Shown piece by piece: positions 17,268 through 24,711 of a stretch of 32,009 nucleotides of DNA. Position numbers and translations under genes: made by a program. Source of the stretch: Terriglobales bacterium (GTDB lineage: Bacteria; Zixibacteria; MSB-5A5; RBG-16-43-9); the NCBI GenBank assembly GCA_035543035.1, contig DATKKH010000173.1, positions 1 to 32,009 of the forward strand. Direction: 5' to 3'. The notes beneath the pieces are model-generated. The model saw only the letters and a list, made by a program, of their open reading frames with translations. It was not told the origin of the DNA and ran no database searches. The first letter of the stretch is position 1, and the number at the start of each line of letters is the position of its first letter.

Positions 17268-17630
17268 ATGTCTTTAAAAGAGCTTCAAGAACAGATACTT
17301 GAGGCGGCTCTGGAAGTCCATAAGAACATGGGGCTAGGGTTCCAGGAAACAGCCTATAGCCAGGCTTTAGCTTATGAGTTTGATCTCAGGAAGATTGAAT
17401 ATGAAAGGAAGAAGAATATCAAGCTTTCCTATAAAGGGAGCGTGGCTGGGGAATATGATCTAGAATTCGTGGTCAAGAATAGCATCATCGTAATGATAAA
17501 AGCTGGCGAGCCGGTGAGCGAATCGGACGAGACCAAAATGAAAAGTTTTTTGAAAACCACCAAGCTTCCCCTGGGAATGGTGATTAATTTCGGCAAGGAG
17601 AGTTTAGAGGTAAAAAACGTTCACAGATAA
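17268..17630 (+). CDS. GxxExxY protein (PD-(D/E)xK-like, PDDEXK_3 family)
   Basis: 120 aa. It has the exact signature G-F-Q-E-T-A-Y (GLGFQETAYSQAL), then the YDLEF...IVMIKA core and the C-terminal GMVINFGK block typical of the family. The track's TTG start at 17205 lies inside the sigma-54 promoter. M22 (17268) matches the family N-terminus. Confidence 0.85.
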   Translation: MSLKELQEQILEAALEVHKNMGLGFQETAYSQALAYEFDLRKIEYERKKNIKLSYKGSVAGEYDLEFVVKNSIIVMIKAGEPVSESDETKMKSFLKTTKLPLGMVINFGKESLEVKNVHR

Positions 17631-17633
17631 ATG

Positions 17634-17664
17634 GTTGGCGCAAATTTAGAAAATGCCAACTTTT
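17634..17664 (+). terminator. Weak hairpin plus TTTT after the GxxExxY gene (possible attenuator)
   Basis: The gttggc/gccaac stem is 6 bp with a 15-nt loop and is followed by tttt. It is too weak to be a confident terminator. Confidence 0.3.
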
Positions 17665-17696
17665 CACCCTATACCTAAAAGGAGGTGAAGCAGAGG

Positions 17697-17744
17697 ATGC
17701 CCGCAAAGAAGAAAGCAAAGGCTAAAGGGAAGAAGAAAAAATAA
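17697..17744 (+). CDS. Candidate 15-aa lysine-rich micropeptide MPAKKKAKAKGKKKK
   Basis: The ATG is preceded by AAAAGGAGGTGA (GGAGG at 17681-17685, 11-nt spacing). The stop is TAA, and a strong intrinsic terminator follows 27 nt downstream. It is too short for codon statistics. Confidence 0.35.
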   Translation: MPAKKKAKAKGKKKK

Positions 17745-17770
17745 GAGCCTTTAGGTTTTTTGCGCCCAAA

Positions 17771-17800
17771 GAGTCTCCCCAAAGGGGGGACTCTTTTTTT
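17771..17800 (+). terminator. Rho-independent terminator
   Basis: gagtctcccc-aaa-ggggggactc forms a 10-bp stem with one G-U pair. It is followed by ttttttt. Confidence 0.85.
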
Positions 17801-17837
17801 ATCAATAACCTATAGGTTGTCAGCGGCAGGGAAGTTC

Positions 17838-17926
17838 GTAGTGCGACTCTTTCAGGGTGCTTGAGATGTAGAGACGAATTGCATGCGTCTTTACTTAACA
17901 ACGTCGGGCACAGGTCCCGACTCTAC
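17838..17926. repeat. Three GTAG-headed REP hairpins
   Basis: 17838-17860 (+) is gtagtgcgactctttcagggtgc, a degenerate copy of the 13683-13706 class. 17868-17894 (+) is gtagagacgaattgcatgcgtctttac. 17903-17926 (-) is gtagagtcgggacctgtgcccgac. Confidence 0.8.
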
Positions 17927-18023
17927 AAATATTCCTTCAACTTTGCTTCCCCTGCTAGGGAAAGAAGATACTTTTCTATTGACTAAATCAAAAATTATTT
18001 TATCCTATAATCCTAAATAAAGT

Positions 18024-19580
18024 ATGTCCAGGAGAAACAGAAAAAAAATCTGGCTGGTTTTACTCGTGATAGCGGTCTTTGCTCTTTTTCTCTTGTACCA
18101 GTATCAGCAGAGCAAGAGGGTAGAGATAACGATACTTTACTGGAACGATTTCCACGCCTCGGTCTATCCCCATCCCGAGTCTGAAAAGGAAGGAGCGCCT
18201 CTGGTTTCGGGCAGCGCTAATTTTGCAGGATACGTTCTATCCTTGGAGATGGAGGCTATGTATGGACATGTGTATCCGATCCTTGTCTGCGCCGGGGATG
18301 AGTTCACCGGTGACCCGCTTTCTTCTCTGACCCAAGGGAAAGCCCAGATCGAAATTCTGAATCTTCTGCATCCCTCTGTGTTTGAACTGGGGAACCATGA
18401 GTTCGACTACGGAATAGATAATCTCAAAAAAGATTTAGAAGTTGCGGATTTTCCGGTTGTCTGCGCGAATCTCATAGACAAAGAAAAGGGAAGACCTCTG
18501 GTCAAACCATACATTATCATCGACGACGGTAAACTTAGGATTGCCTTTATTGGTTTGATTACAGAAAGTCTTCAGAAGATTCTCAAGGAAGGCGGGAAAC
18601 TTCAGGTTGTGGATGCGGAGAGTACTCTGACATACTACATGAATGTTTTGAGTGATAGCACGGATATTCAGGTTCTGGTCAGCCATATGGGAGTTCAGGC
18701 AGATAAGAGCATTGCAAAAAAGGTCCAAGGATTAGAGCTGATTATCGGAGGTCACAGCCACTCCACGATTTTCAAACCCGCTAAAGTGGGGAATACTTTG
18801 ATCTGCCAGGCCGGGTCGAATGGAAAATATATAGGGAAATTGGACCTTTTCTTAGATTCTAAAGGAAAAGTCCTGGGCTATCAGAATAAACTGGTGGAAA
18901 CATTTGTGGATCAGGTTCAGCCGGATACTCTGGTGAAAAATAAGATCGATGAGTTAGAGAAAAATCTCGATATAAATTTAGACGAAAAAATTGGGGAGCT
19001 TGAAACACCCTGGATCAGAAATGATGAGCGGGAGTCGAATGTCGGCAATTTCCTGACTGATGCGATGAGAAATTACGCTAAAGCTGACGTGGCTTTCACA
19101 AATTCGGGCGGCATCAGGAAAAATCTGAAAGCTGGTCCGATCACGGTGCGAGATATCTGGGAAATAGCACCTTTTTCTGATCGATTGGTTCTAATCGATT
19201 TGACAGGCGGACAGCTTCTGAATATTCTGGAGAAAAACTGCCGAAAAGATATTGACCTGCTTCAAGTCTCGGGGGTTAAATATTCTTTTACTCCGGAAAG
19301 ACCGTATGGCGAAAGGGTAATCGATGTTCTGGTCAATAACGAGAAGATACTGCCGTATAAGACATATAAAGCGGTCATAAATGATTATATCCTGGCGCAG
19401 TCAAAGGATTTTTTAGGAATTCCCAAGCAGGATCTGAAATATAAGATTTTAACGGGTTTAGATAGAGACGTTTTCATAAAAGAAGTTAAGCAAAGGATAA
19501 CAATAAATTCTCAGGTCGAGGGAAGAATAACGGAATTGAAAAAGGTTGAGAAAGAGGTTGGAGAAAAGACCGACAAATAA
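18024..19580 (+). CDS. Bifunctional metallophosphatase / 5'-nucleotidase (UshA-like), membrane anchored
   Basis: 518 aa with an N-terminal TM. The metallophosphoesterase motifs are present (NDFH, GDEF, GNHEFDYG, GGHSH), followed by a 5'-nucleotidase C-terminal domain pattern. Confidence 0.88.
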   Translation: MSRRNRKKIWLVLLVIAVFALFLLYQYQQSKRVEITILYWNDFHASVYPHPESEKEGAPLVSGSANFAGYVLSLEMEAMYGHVYPILVCAGDEFTGDPLSSLTQGKAQIEILNLLHPSVFELGNHEFDYGIDNLKKDLEVADFPVVCANLIDKEKGRPLVKPYIIIDDGKLRIAFIGLITESLQKILKEGGKLQVVDAESTLTYYMNVLSDSTDIQVLVSHMGVQADKSIAKKVQGLELIIGGHSHSTIFKPAKVGNTLICQAGSNGKYIGKLDLFLDSKGKVLGYQNKLVETFVDQVQPDTLVKNKIDELEKNLDINLDEKIGELETPWIRNDERESNVGNFLTDAMRNYAKADVAFTNSGGIRKNLKAGPITVRDIWEIAPFSDRLVLIDLTGGQLLNILEKNCRKDIDLLQVSGVKYSFTPERPYGERVIDVLVNNEKILPYKTYKAVINDYILAQSKDFLGIPKQDLKYKILTGLDRDVFIKEVKQRITINSQVEGRITELKKVEKEVGEKTDK

Positions 19581-19998
19581 GAATACGATCAATGCAGAGA
19601 AACTTGTGCCCAAGAGGAAAATTCCCTATATCTGGTTAACTCTGGTCTATGCTGTCATAATCTTGATTGCCTCCTCCATCCCGGACCTTAAAACCCCTCA
19701 ATTAGGCTTTGAAAATCAGGATAAACTTTACCATTTTATAGAATACAGTATTTTTTCTGTTCTTTTATTTTTTACTTTGCTAAATTCTGGTAAAACTTTC
19801 CTCAGAAAGAACGTCCTTCTCATCTCCCTTTTAATAGGGGCATCTTTCGGAATCCTGGATGAACTTCACCAGAAATTCATCCCCGGAAGGCAAGCCGATA
19901 TTCTGGATTTCACGGCTGATTTTGTGGGCGTGGCTTTAATTCAAGTTTGTTTCTGGATTTATCACCGTCGAAAATCAAGGGTTCATTCAAACAAGTAA
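19546..19998 (+). CDS. VanZ family membrane protein
   Basis: 150 aa. The VanZ-like motif is LDELHQKFIPGRQADILDFTADFVGVAL, and there are 4 TM helices. The TTG start overlaps the upstream gene by 35 nt, so the start is uncertain (an in-frame GTG at 19606 is possible). Confidence 0.78.
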   Translation: MRKRLEKRPTNKNTINAEKLVPKRKIPYIWLTLVYAVIILIASSIPDLKTPQLGFENQDKLYHFIEYSIFSVLLFFTLLNSGKTFLRKNVLLISLLIGASFGILDELHQKFIPGRQADILDFTADFVGVALIQVCFWIYHRRKSRVHSNK

Positions 19999-20017
19999 CC
20001 GAGCCTTTAGGGCTCGG
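19999..20017 (+). terminator. Hairpin directly after the VanZ stop (terminator-like, no U-run)
   Basis: ccgagcc-tttag-ggctcgg forms a 7-bp stem. Confidence 0.3.
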
Positions 20018-20039
20018 AGCATGTTGATCCAAGATTTTC

Positions 20040-20134
20040 GTAGGGCAAACCTTCAGGTTTGCGTTTCTTCTCGTTGAATTCAAAACCCGATGTCTGACCC
20101 TGCTTTTGTTCGCAAGCCTGAAGCCTTGCCCTTC
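20040..20134. repeat. BIME-like inverted pair of REP hairpins
   Basis: 20040-20063 (+) is gtagggcaaaccttcaggtttgcg. 20111-20134 (-) is gaagggcaaggcttcaggcttgcg. They are separated by 47 bp. Confidence 0.8.
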
Positions 20135-20151
20135 TGGTAGGTCTTTTTGTA

Positions 20152-20180
20152 TTGACTTTGAATGGTTAAGATATTATCAT
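20152..20180 (+). promoter_or_regulatory. Candidate sigma-70 promoter for hisS (TTGACT-17 nt-TATCAT)
   Basis: The -35 is at 20152-20157 and the -10 at 20175-20180. AGGA lies 7 nt before the ATG at 20205. Confidence 0.4.
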
Positions 20181-20204
20181 TTTTGAACGTTGAAAGGACG
20201 ACTG

Positions 20205-21461
20205 ATGAAATTTACTGCTCTTCAGGGGACAAAAGATTTATTGCCGGAGGATGCTTCTAAATGGAGATATATAGAGGAAAAAATCAGGGGGATTTTTTCT
20301 CTTTACAACTATAAAGAAATGAGGACTCCGGTTTTCGAGCAGACCGAGCTTTTCAAAAGGAGCATTGGGGATGACACGGATATCGTCCAGAAGGAGATGT
20401 ATACCTTTCAGGACCAGGGCAAAAGGAGCCTTACTTTAAGGCCTGAAGGGACAGCCTCGATTGTTCGGGCTTTTATCGAGCACAATCTGGGAGAAAAATC
20501 TCCACTGGTGAAGCTTTTTTATTTTGGCCAGATGTTCAGGCAAGAAAGGCCTCAAAAGGGAAGACTTCGGGAGTTCAACCAATATGGGGTGGAAGTCATC
20601 GGGTCCTTGGATCCTCTGGTAGATGCGGAGGTTATTGAGCTGGGTGTCAGGATACCCCAGGCTTTAGGACTGGATGGTCAGAAGCTTTTCCTAAACAGCA
20701 TCGGATGTAAAGACTGTCGGCCGGCCCATAGAGATGCTTTTAATAAATTCGTCAAGGATAAAATAAATAAATTCTGCCAGGATTGCCAGTTGAGGCTTCT
20801 CCGAAATCCCTTAAGAATTTTCGACTGCAAAAATGAGCAATGTATAAACGCTCTTAAGGATGCTCCTATGATCCTGGATTATCTTGATGAAAAGTGCAAA
20901 GAGCATTTCAAAAAAGTCAGGGAATATATAGACCAGATGGGGATTGAATATAATCTGGACGGCAGATTAGTCCGGGGTCTGGATTATTACACCAGAACGA
21001 CTTTTGAGATAAAATCAGAATCCTTAGGTGCGCAGGATACTCTGATCGGTGGTGGAAGATATGACCTTCTAGTCTCTGAGTTAGGTGGCAAGGATATCCC
21101 AGCCATAGGTTTTGCTGCAGGAATCGAGAGATTGTTCCTCGTCCTAGAAATGCAAAGGAAATTTCCTCCTGAAGATGACAGGCTGGATATCTTCATAGCT
21201 CCATTAGGTGAAAAGGAAAAAAGTCTGGGGTTAAAGCTACTCAGAGACTTGAGAGAAAAAGGTCTTAGATGTGATCTCGATTTTCTGGGAAGGAGCCTGA
21301 AATCTCAGTTGAAAGAAGCTGACAGGCAAAAGGCTAAAAAAGTCTTGATTATCGGAGAAGACGAGCTGAAAAAAGGAAAAGGGACTCTAAGGGATATGGA
21401 GACTAAGGAGCAGAAGGAGATTGAATTCGAAAAATTGGTTCAAGAGTTGATTCGGGGATGA
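20205..21461 (+). CDS. hisS: Histidine--tRNA ligase
   Basis: It has the class II HisRS motifs (GTKDLLPED, RTPVFEQTELF, LRPEGTASIVR, GGGRYD) and a C-terminal anticodon-binding domain. The ATG at 20205 is preferred over the TTG at 20190 because of RBS and promoter placement. Confidence 0.95.
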   Translation: MKFTALQGTKDLLPEDASKWRYIEEKIRGIFSLYNYKEMRTPVFEQTELFKRSIGDDTDIVQKEMYTFQDQGKRSLTLRPEGTASIVRAFIEHNLGEKSPLVKLFYFGQMFRQERPQKGRLREFNQYGVEVIGSLDPLVDAEVIELGVRIPQALGLDGQKLFLNSIGCKDCRPAHRDAFNKFVKDKINKFCQDCQLRLLRNPLRIFDCKNEQCINALKDAPMILDYLDEKCKEHFKKVREYIDQMGIEYNLDGRLVRGLDYYTRTTFEIKSESLGAQDTLIGGGRYDLLVSELGGKDIPAIGFAAGIERLFLVLEMQRKFPPEDDRLDIFIAPLGEKEKSLGLKLLRDLREKGLRCDLDFLGRSLKSQLKEADRQKAKKVLIIGEDELKKGKGTLRDMETKEQKEIEFEKLVQELIRG

Positions 21462-21569
21462 GTTATGATTTTGGCAGGTCATAGAACTGACAAAAAAGCA
21501 CGCTATCAGGAGTGTTTTCTGACACAACTTAGCATGACATTATGAATAAATGATAGAACTGGAGTCAAT

Positions 21570-23393
21570 TTGATAAAATTTGAAAATCTAAAACGTACGC
21601 ACACTTGCGGGGAGTTAAAAAAATCGCATTCGGGGCAGAAGGTGAGACTAAACGGGTGGGTGAATAGTTACCGCAATCATGGTGGTTTGATTTTCATTGA
21701 TTTGAGGGACAGGTATGGTATTACCCAGGTTGTCTTCAAGCCGGATTTGGTGGATAAAGATACTATGGAACTTTCAGCGAGTTTGAGGACTGAGTTTGTA
21801 GTCGGAGTTGAAGGAACTGTTTCAGAAAGACCATCCGGTATGCAAAATAAAGAAATGGCTACTGGCGAAATTGAGGTCATTGTCGAGAAACTGGCAGTTT
21901 TCAATGAATCTAAGACTACTCCTTTTGAGATCGTCGAAGAAACAAATGCGAGTGAGGAGTTAAAACTAAAATATCGCTACCTGGATTTGCGGCGTCCTCC
22001 TTTACAGCGAAATATCAGGATGAGGCACAGGATAACCAAAGCTGTCAGAGATTATCTGGACTCTGTTGGTTTTTATGAGATCGAAACTCCTCTTCTTATC
22101 CGCTCTACTCCTGAAGGAGCAAGGGATTTCATCGTTCCCTCCAGGGTGAATACGGGGAAGTTCTACGCGCTTCCGCAATCTCCCCAACTTTTGAAACAAA
22201 TCCTGATGATCTCCGGGTTCGACAAATATTTCCAGATAGCTCACTGTCTCCGGGACGAAGACTTGCGAGCTGACCGCCAGCCTGAGCATTCCCAGATAGA
22301 TATGGAGATGGCATTTGTCACAGAAGATGACGTTTTCTCGGTGATCGAAGGGATGATGAGCTATGTTTTCAAGAATGTTCTGAATTTGGAATTGAAGACT
22401 CCGTTTCCGAGGTTGAAGTATCAGGACGCAATGGAAAGATATGGATCAGATAAGCCAGATATCAGATTCGGTTTGGAAATTATCGACTTGTCCGACCAAG
22501 TCAAAGGTTCAGCTTTCAAGGTGTTTTCTGAGACCCTTGGTTCAGGCGGTAAAGTCAAGGGAATAAATTTCAAAAATGGGGCATTCTTAAGCAGAAAGCA
22601 GATCGATGAGCTAGAGGAAAGTGCGAAGAAATCAGGTGCCAAAGGGCTGGTCTGGATGGCCAAGTTAAAAGAAGGTCTGCGCTCGCCGATTAGCAAATAT
22701 ATCAGCCAGGCAGAGATCGATTCTATTTCCGGGAGATTAGATTTAAAGGAAGGGGATATAATCTTCATAATTGCTGGACAAGAGGATATGGCGTTGTCAA
22801 ATTTGGGTAAATTAAGAGTCGAAATTGCACGTAGATATAATATAATCGACAAGAGCAGATGGGGGTTTCTATGGATAACGGAATTCCCTCTTTTCGAATA
22901 TAATCCTGAGGAGCAAAAGATTCAGGCGATGCACAACATAGTTACCCAGCCTCTGGAGGAGGAGATTTTTAAATTAGACCAAGGTTTGAAAACGGACTTG
23001 CCGATTGATAATCCAGAGCACCCCTGGAGAAACATAAGGGGACGGCAGTACGATCTGGTCCTGAACGGGACCGAAATAGCCTCAGGTGGGATCAGGAATC
23101 ATAAAAAGGATCTTCAGATGAAGATCCTGAACATCTTAGGCTGGGATGAGAAAAGAGCAGAAAACGCTTTTGGATTTTTGCTCAATGCTCTGGAATACGG
23201 CGCGCCGCCGCACGGTGGAATTGCGCCGGGATTAGATCGGATAGTCGCTTTGATCTGCGGGTCTGATTCAATCAGAGACGTAATCGCATTCCCCAAGACC
23301 ACTGCTGCTCAATCTCTGATGGATGGGGCACCGTCCGAAGTCGACGAAGTACAACTCAGAGAACTGAGAATTAAGATAGTGAAAGATGAGTAA
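21570..23393 (+). CDS. aspS: Aspartate--tRNA ligase
   Basis: 607 aa with an N-terminal OB fold. Class IIb motifs are present (FYALPQSPQLLKQ, CLRDEDLRADRQPEHSQIDMEM, GGIRNH, PPHGGIAPGLDR). The TTG start has GGAG 5 nt upstream. Confidence 0.95.
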   Translation: MIKFENLKRTHTCGELKKSHSGQKVRLNGWVNSYRNHGGLIFIDLRDRYGITQVVFKPDLVDKDTMELSASLRTEFVVGVEGTVSERPSGMQNKEMATGEIEVIVEKLAVFNESKTTPFEIVEETNASEELKLKYRYLDLRRPPLQRNIRMRHRITKAVRDYLDSVGFYEIETPLLIRSTPEGARDFIVPSRVNTGKFYALPQSPQLLKQILMISGFDKYFQIAHCLRDEDLRADRQPEHSQIDMEMAFVTEDDVFSVIEGMMSYVFKNVLNLELKTPFPRLKYQDAMERYGSDKPDIRFGLEIIDLSDQVKGSAFKVFSETLGSGGKVKGINFKNGAFLSRKQIDELEESAKKSGAKGLVWMAKLKEGLRSPISKYISQAEIDSISGRLDLKEGDIIFIIAGQEDMALSNLGKLRVEIARRYNIIDKSRWGFLWITEFPLFEYNPEEQKIQAMHNIVTQPLEEEIFKLDQGLKTDLPIDNPEHPWRNIRGRQYDLVLNGTEIASGGIRNHKKDLQMKILNILGWDEKRAENAFGFLLNALEYGAPPHGGIAPGLDRIVALICGSDSIRDVIAFPKTTAAQSLMDGAPSEVDEVQLRELRIKIVKDE

Positions 23394-23430
23394 AAAGCTT
23401 ATAAGCTCAAGCGCTCAAAAGAAAGTCAAT

Positions 23431-23456
23431 GGTGGAACAGGCATCTTACCTGTTCG
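23431..23456 (+). repeat. GGTGGAACAGGCATCTT(A/G)CCTGTTCG hairpin repeat, copy 1
   Basis: ggtggaacaggcatcttacctgttcg lies 38 nt after the aspS stop. Copies 2 and 3 lie at 24581-24606 and 26764-26788. Confidence 0.85.
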
Positions 23457-23483
23457 GGATTTTATGAAAGGGGAGAGAATTTC

Positions 23484-23535
23484 GTAGCGCGAGGCTGAAA
23501 GCCTCGCAATGTGACCCTAAAAGGGTCGCGCTACG
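23484..23535. repeat. Back-to-back REP pair sharing a GTAGCGCGA head
   Basis: The (+) element is gtagcgcgaggctgaaagcctcgc and the (-) element is gtagcgcgacccttttagggtc. The two heads are mutually complementary (cgtagcgc / gcgctacg). Confidence 0.85.
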
Positions 23536-23565
23536 TCAGATAGAAGGAGGCAGTCGAGAAAGAGC

Positions 23566-24531
23566 TTGAAGAAAAAATGGGTAAAAAAAATTAATCTGGG
23601 GGATGTGGACCAGAGGATTTTGTTCGGGCAGGGGGGTTCATTTTTGAGGATTATCGAAAGCCAGTTCGATTCCAAGATCATCGCGCGTGGGGATAGCGTA
23701 ATAATCCAGGGAACAGAAAAAGAGATAAACCAATTGGAGGCCTTGTTTGATTCCCTGATAACTTACCTTAAGAAAAATAGGGAACTGCCAGAGAAGTATT
23801 TGCTTTATGCTATCTCCTTGGCAAAAGAGGAGGAGGAAGGCTCCCCTGAGAATCTTCAGGTATCTTCATTGGTGACTTCGATTTTTACCAAGGAGGTCAT
23901 CCAGCCAAGGACAGTTGGGCAGAGGGAATATGTTCAAGCAATGGAGGAATATGATATCGTGTTCTCCATAGGTCCCGCAGGTACAGGCAAGACCTATTTA
24001 GCAGTAGCAAAAGCAGTCGGGGCTTTGAAAGGCAAGGAGGTCAGCCGTCTGGTGTTAGTGCGACCTGCAGTAGAAGCAGGTGAAAGTCTCGGATTTCTGC
24101 CAGGAGACATCAGAGCAAAAGTCGACCCCTACTTGCGCCCGGTCTATGATGCCCTGCATGATATGCTCTCGGCCGAAAAGATAAGGAGATTGATGGAACT
24201 GGGAATCATCGAGATAGTTCCTCTGGCATTTATGCGAGGCAGAACTTTAAACCACGCATACGTCATACTGGACGAAGCACAAAACACCACTGTAGCCCAG
24301 ATGAAGATGTTTTTGACCCGGTTGGGGGTCGGGTCCAGGGCGGTGATAACCGGCGATATAACCCAGATCGATCTGACGGACAAAAAAGCCTCAGGCCTGG
24401 TTCAGATTCAAAAGATTCTGGCCGGTATACAAGGGATTGAGTTCGTCTACCTTACTGAAAAAGACGTGGTCAGACATAGACTGGTACAGGATATCATCAA
24501 AGCGTATGAAAGGTTTGAGTCAGAACAGTAA
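23566..24531 (+). CDS. phoH: PhoH-like ATPase (YbeZ)
   Basis: 321 aa with Walker A GPAGTGKTYLAVA, Walker B VILDEAQN, and the ITGDITQIDL motif. The TTG start is uncertain. Confidence 0.92.
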   Translation: MKKKWVKKINLGDVDQRILFGQGGSFLRIIESQFDSKIIARGDSVIIQGTEKEINQLEALFDSLITYLKKNRELPEKYLLYAISLAKEEEEGSPENLQVSSLVTSIFTKEVIQPRTVGQREYVQAMEEYDIVFSIGPAGTGKTYLAVAKAVGALKGKEVSRLVLVRPAVEAGESLGFLPGDIRAKVDPYLRPVYDALHDMLSAEKIRRLMELGIIEIVPLAFMRGRTLNHAYVILDEAQNTTVAQMKMFLTRLGVGSRAVITGDITQIDLTDKKASGLVQIQKILAGIQGIEFVYLTEKDVVRHRLVQDIIKAYERFESEQ

Positions 24532-24580
24532 AAGCAGACTTTAGAGTTCAAATGCTCAAAAGATCAAAAGCTCAAAAAAT

Positions 24581-24606
24581 GGTGGAACCGGCATCTTGCC
24601 TGTTCG
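24581..24606 (+). repeat. GGTGGAAC(C)GGCATCTTGCCTGTTCG hairpin repeat, copy 2
   Basis: ggtggaaccggcatcttgcctgttcg lies 50 nt after the phoH stop. It is preceded by the same GCTCAAAAG-type lead as copy 1. Confidence 0.85.
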
Positions 24607-24615
24607 TCTGTGCTC

Positions 24616-24672
24616 AGAGAGGATGTTATCATCCTCTCTAAGAATCGTCTTGTGGATGATAACATCCACAAG
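24616..24672. repeat. Twin perfect hairpins with a shared GGATG-N4-CATCC core in opposite orientation
   Basis: agagaggatg-ttat-catcctctct lies at 24616-24639 and cttgtggatg-ataa-catccacaag at 24649-24672. Each has a 10-bp perfect stem, and the 14-nt cores are reverse complements. Confidence 0.85.
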
Positions 24673-24711
24673 GAGGGATGGTGCGGTAATCGAGCGTTCA
24701 AAGCCGCTTTA

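Noticed and set aside
17979-18011. TTGACT ... TATAAT as the promoter for the 5'-nucleotidase gene
   Set aside because: The spacer is 21 nt, which is too long for a standard sigma-70 promoter. TATAAT alone in AT-rich DNA is not convincing.
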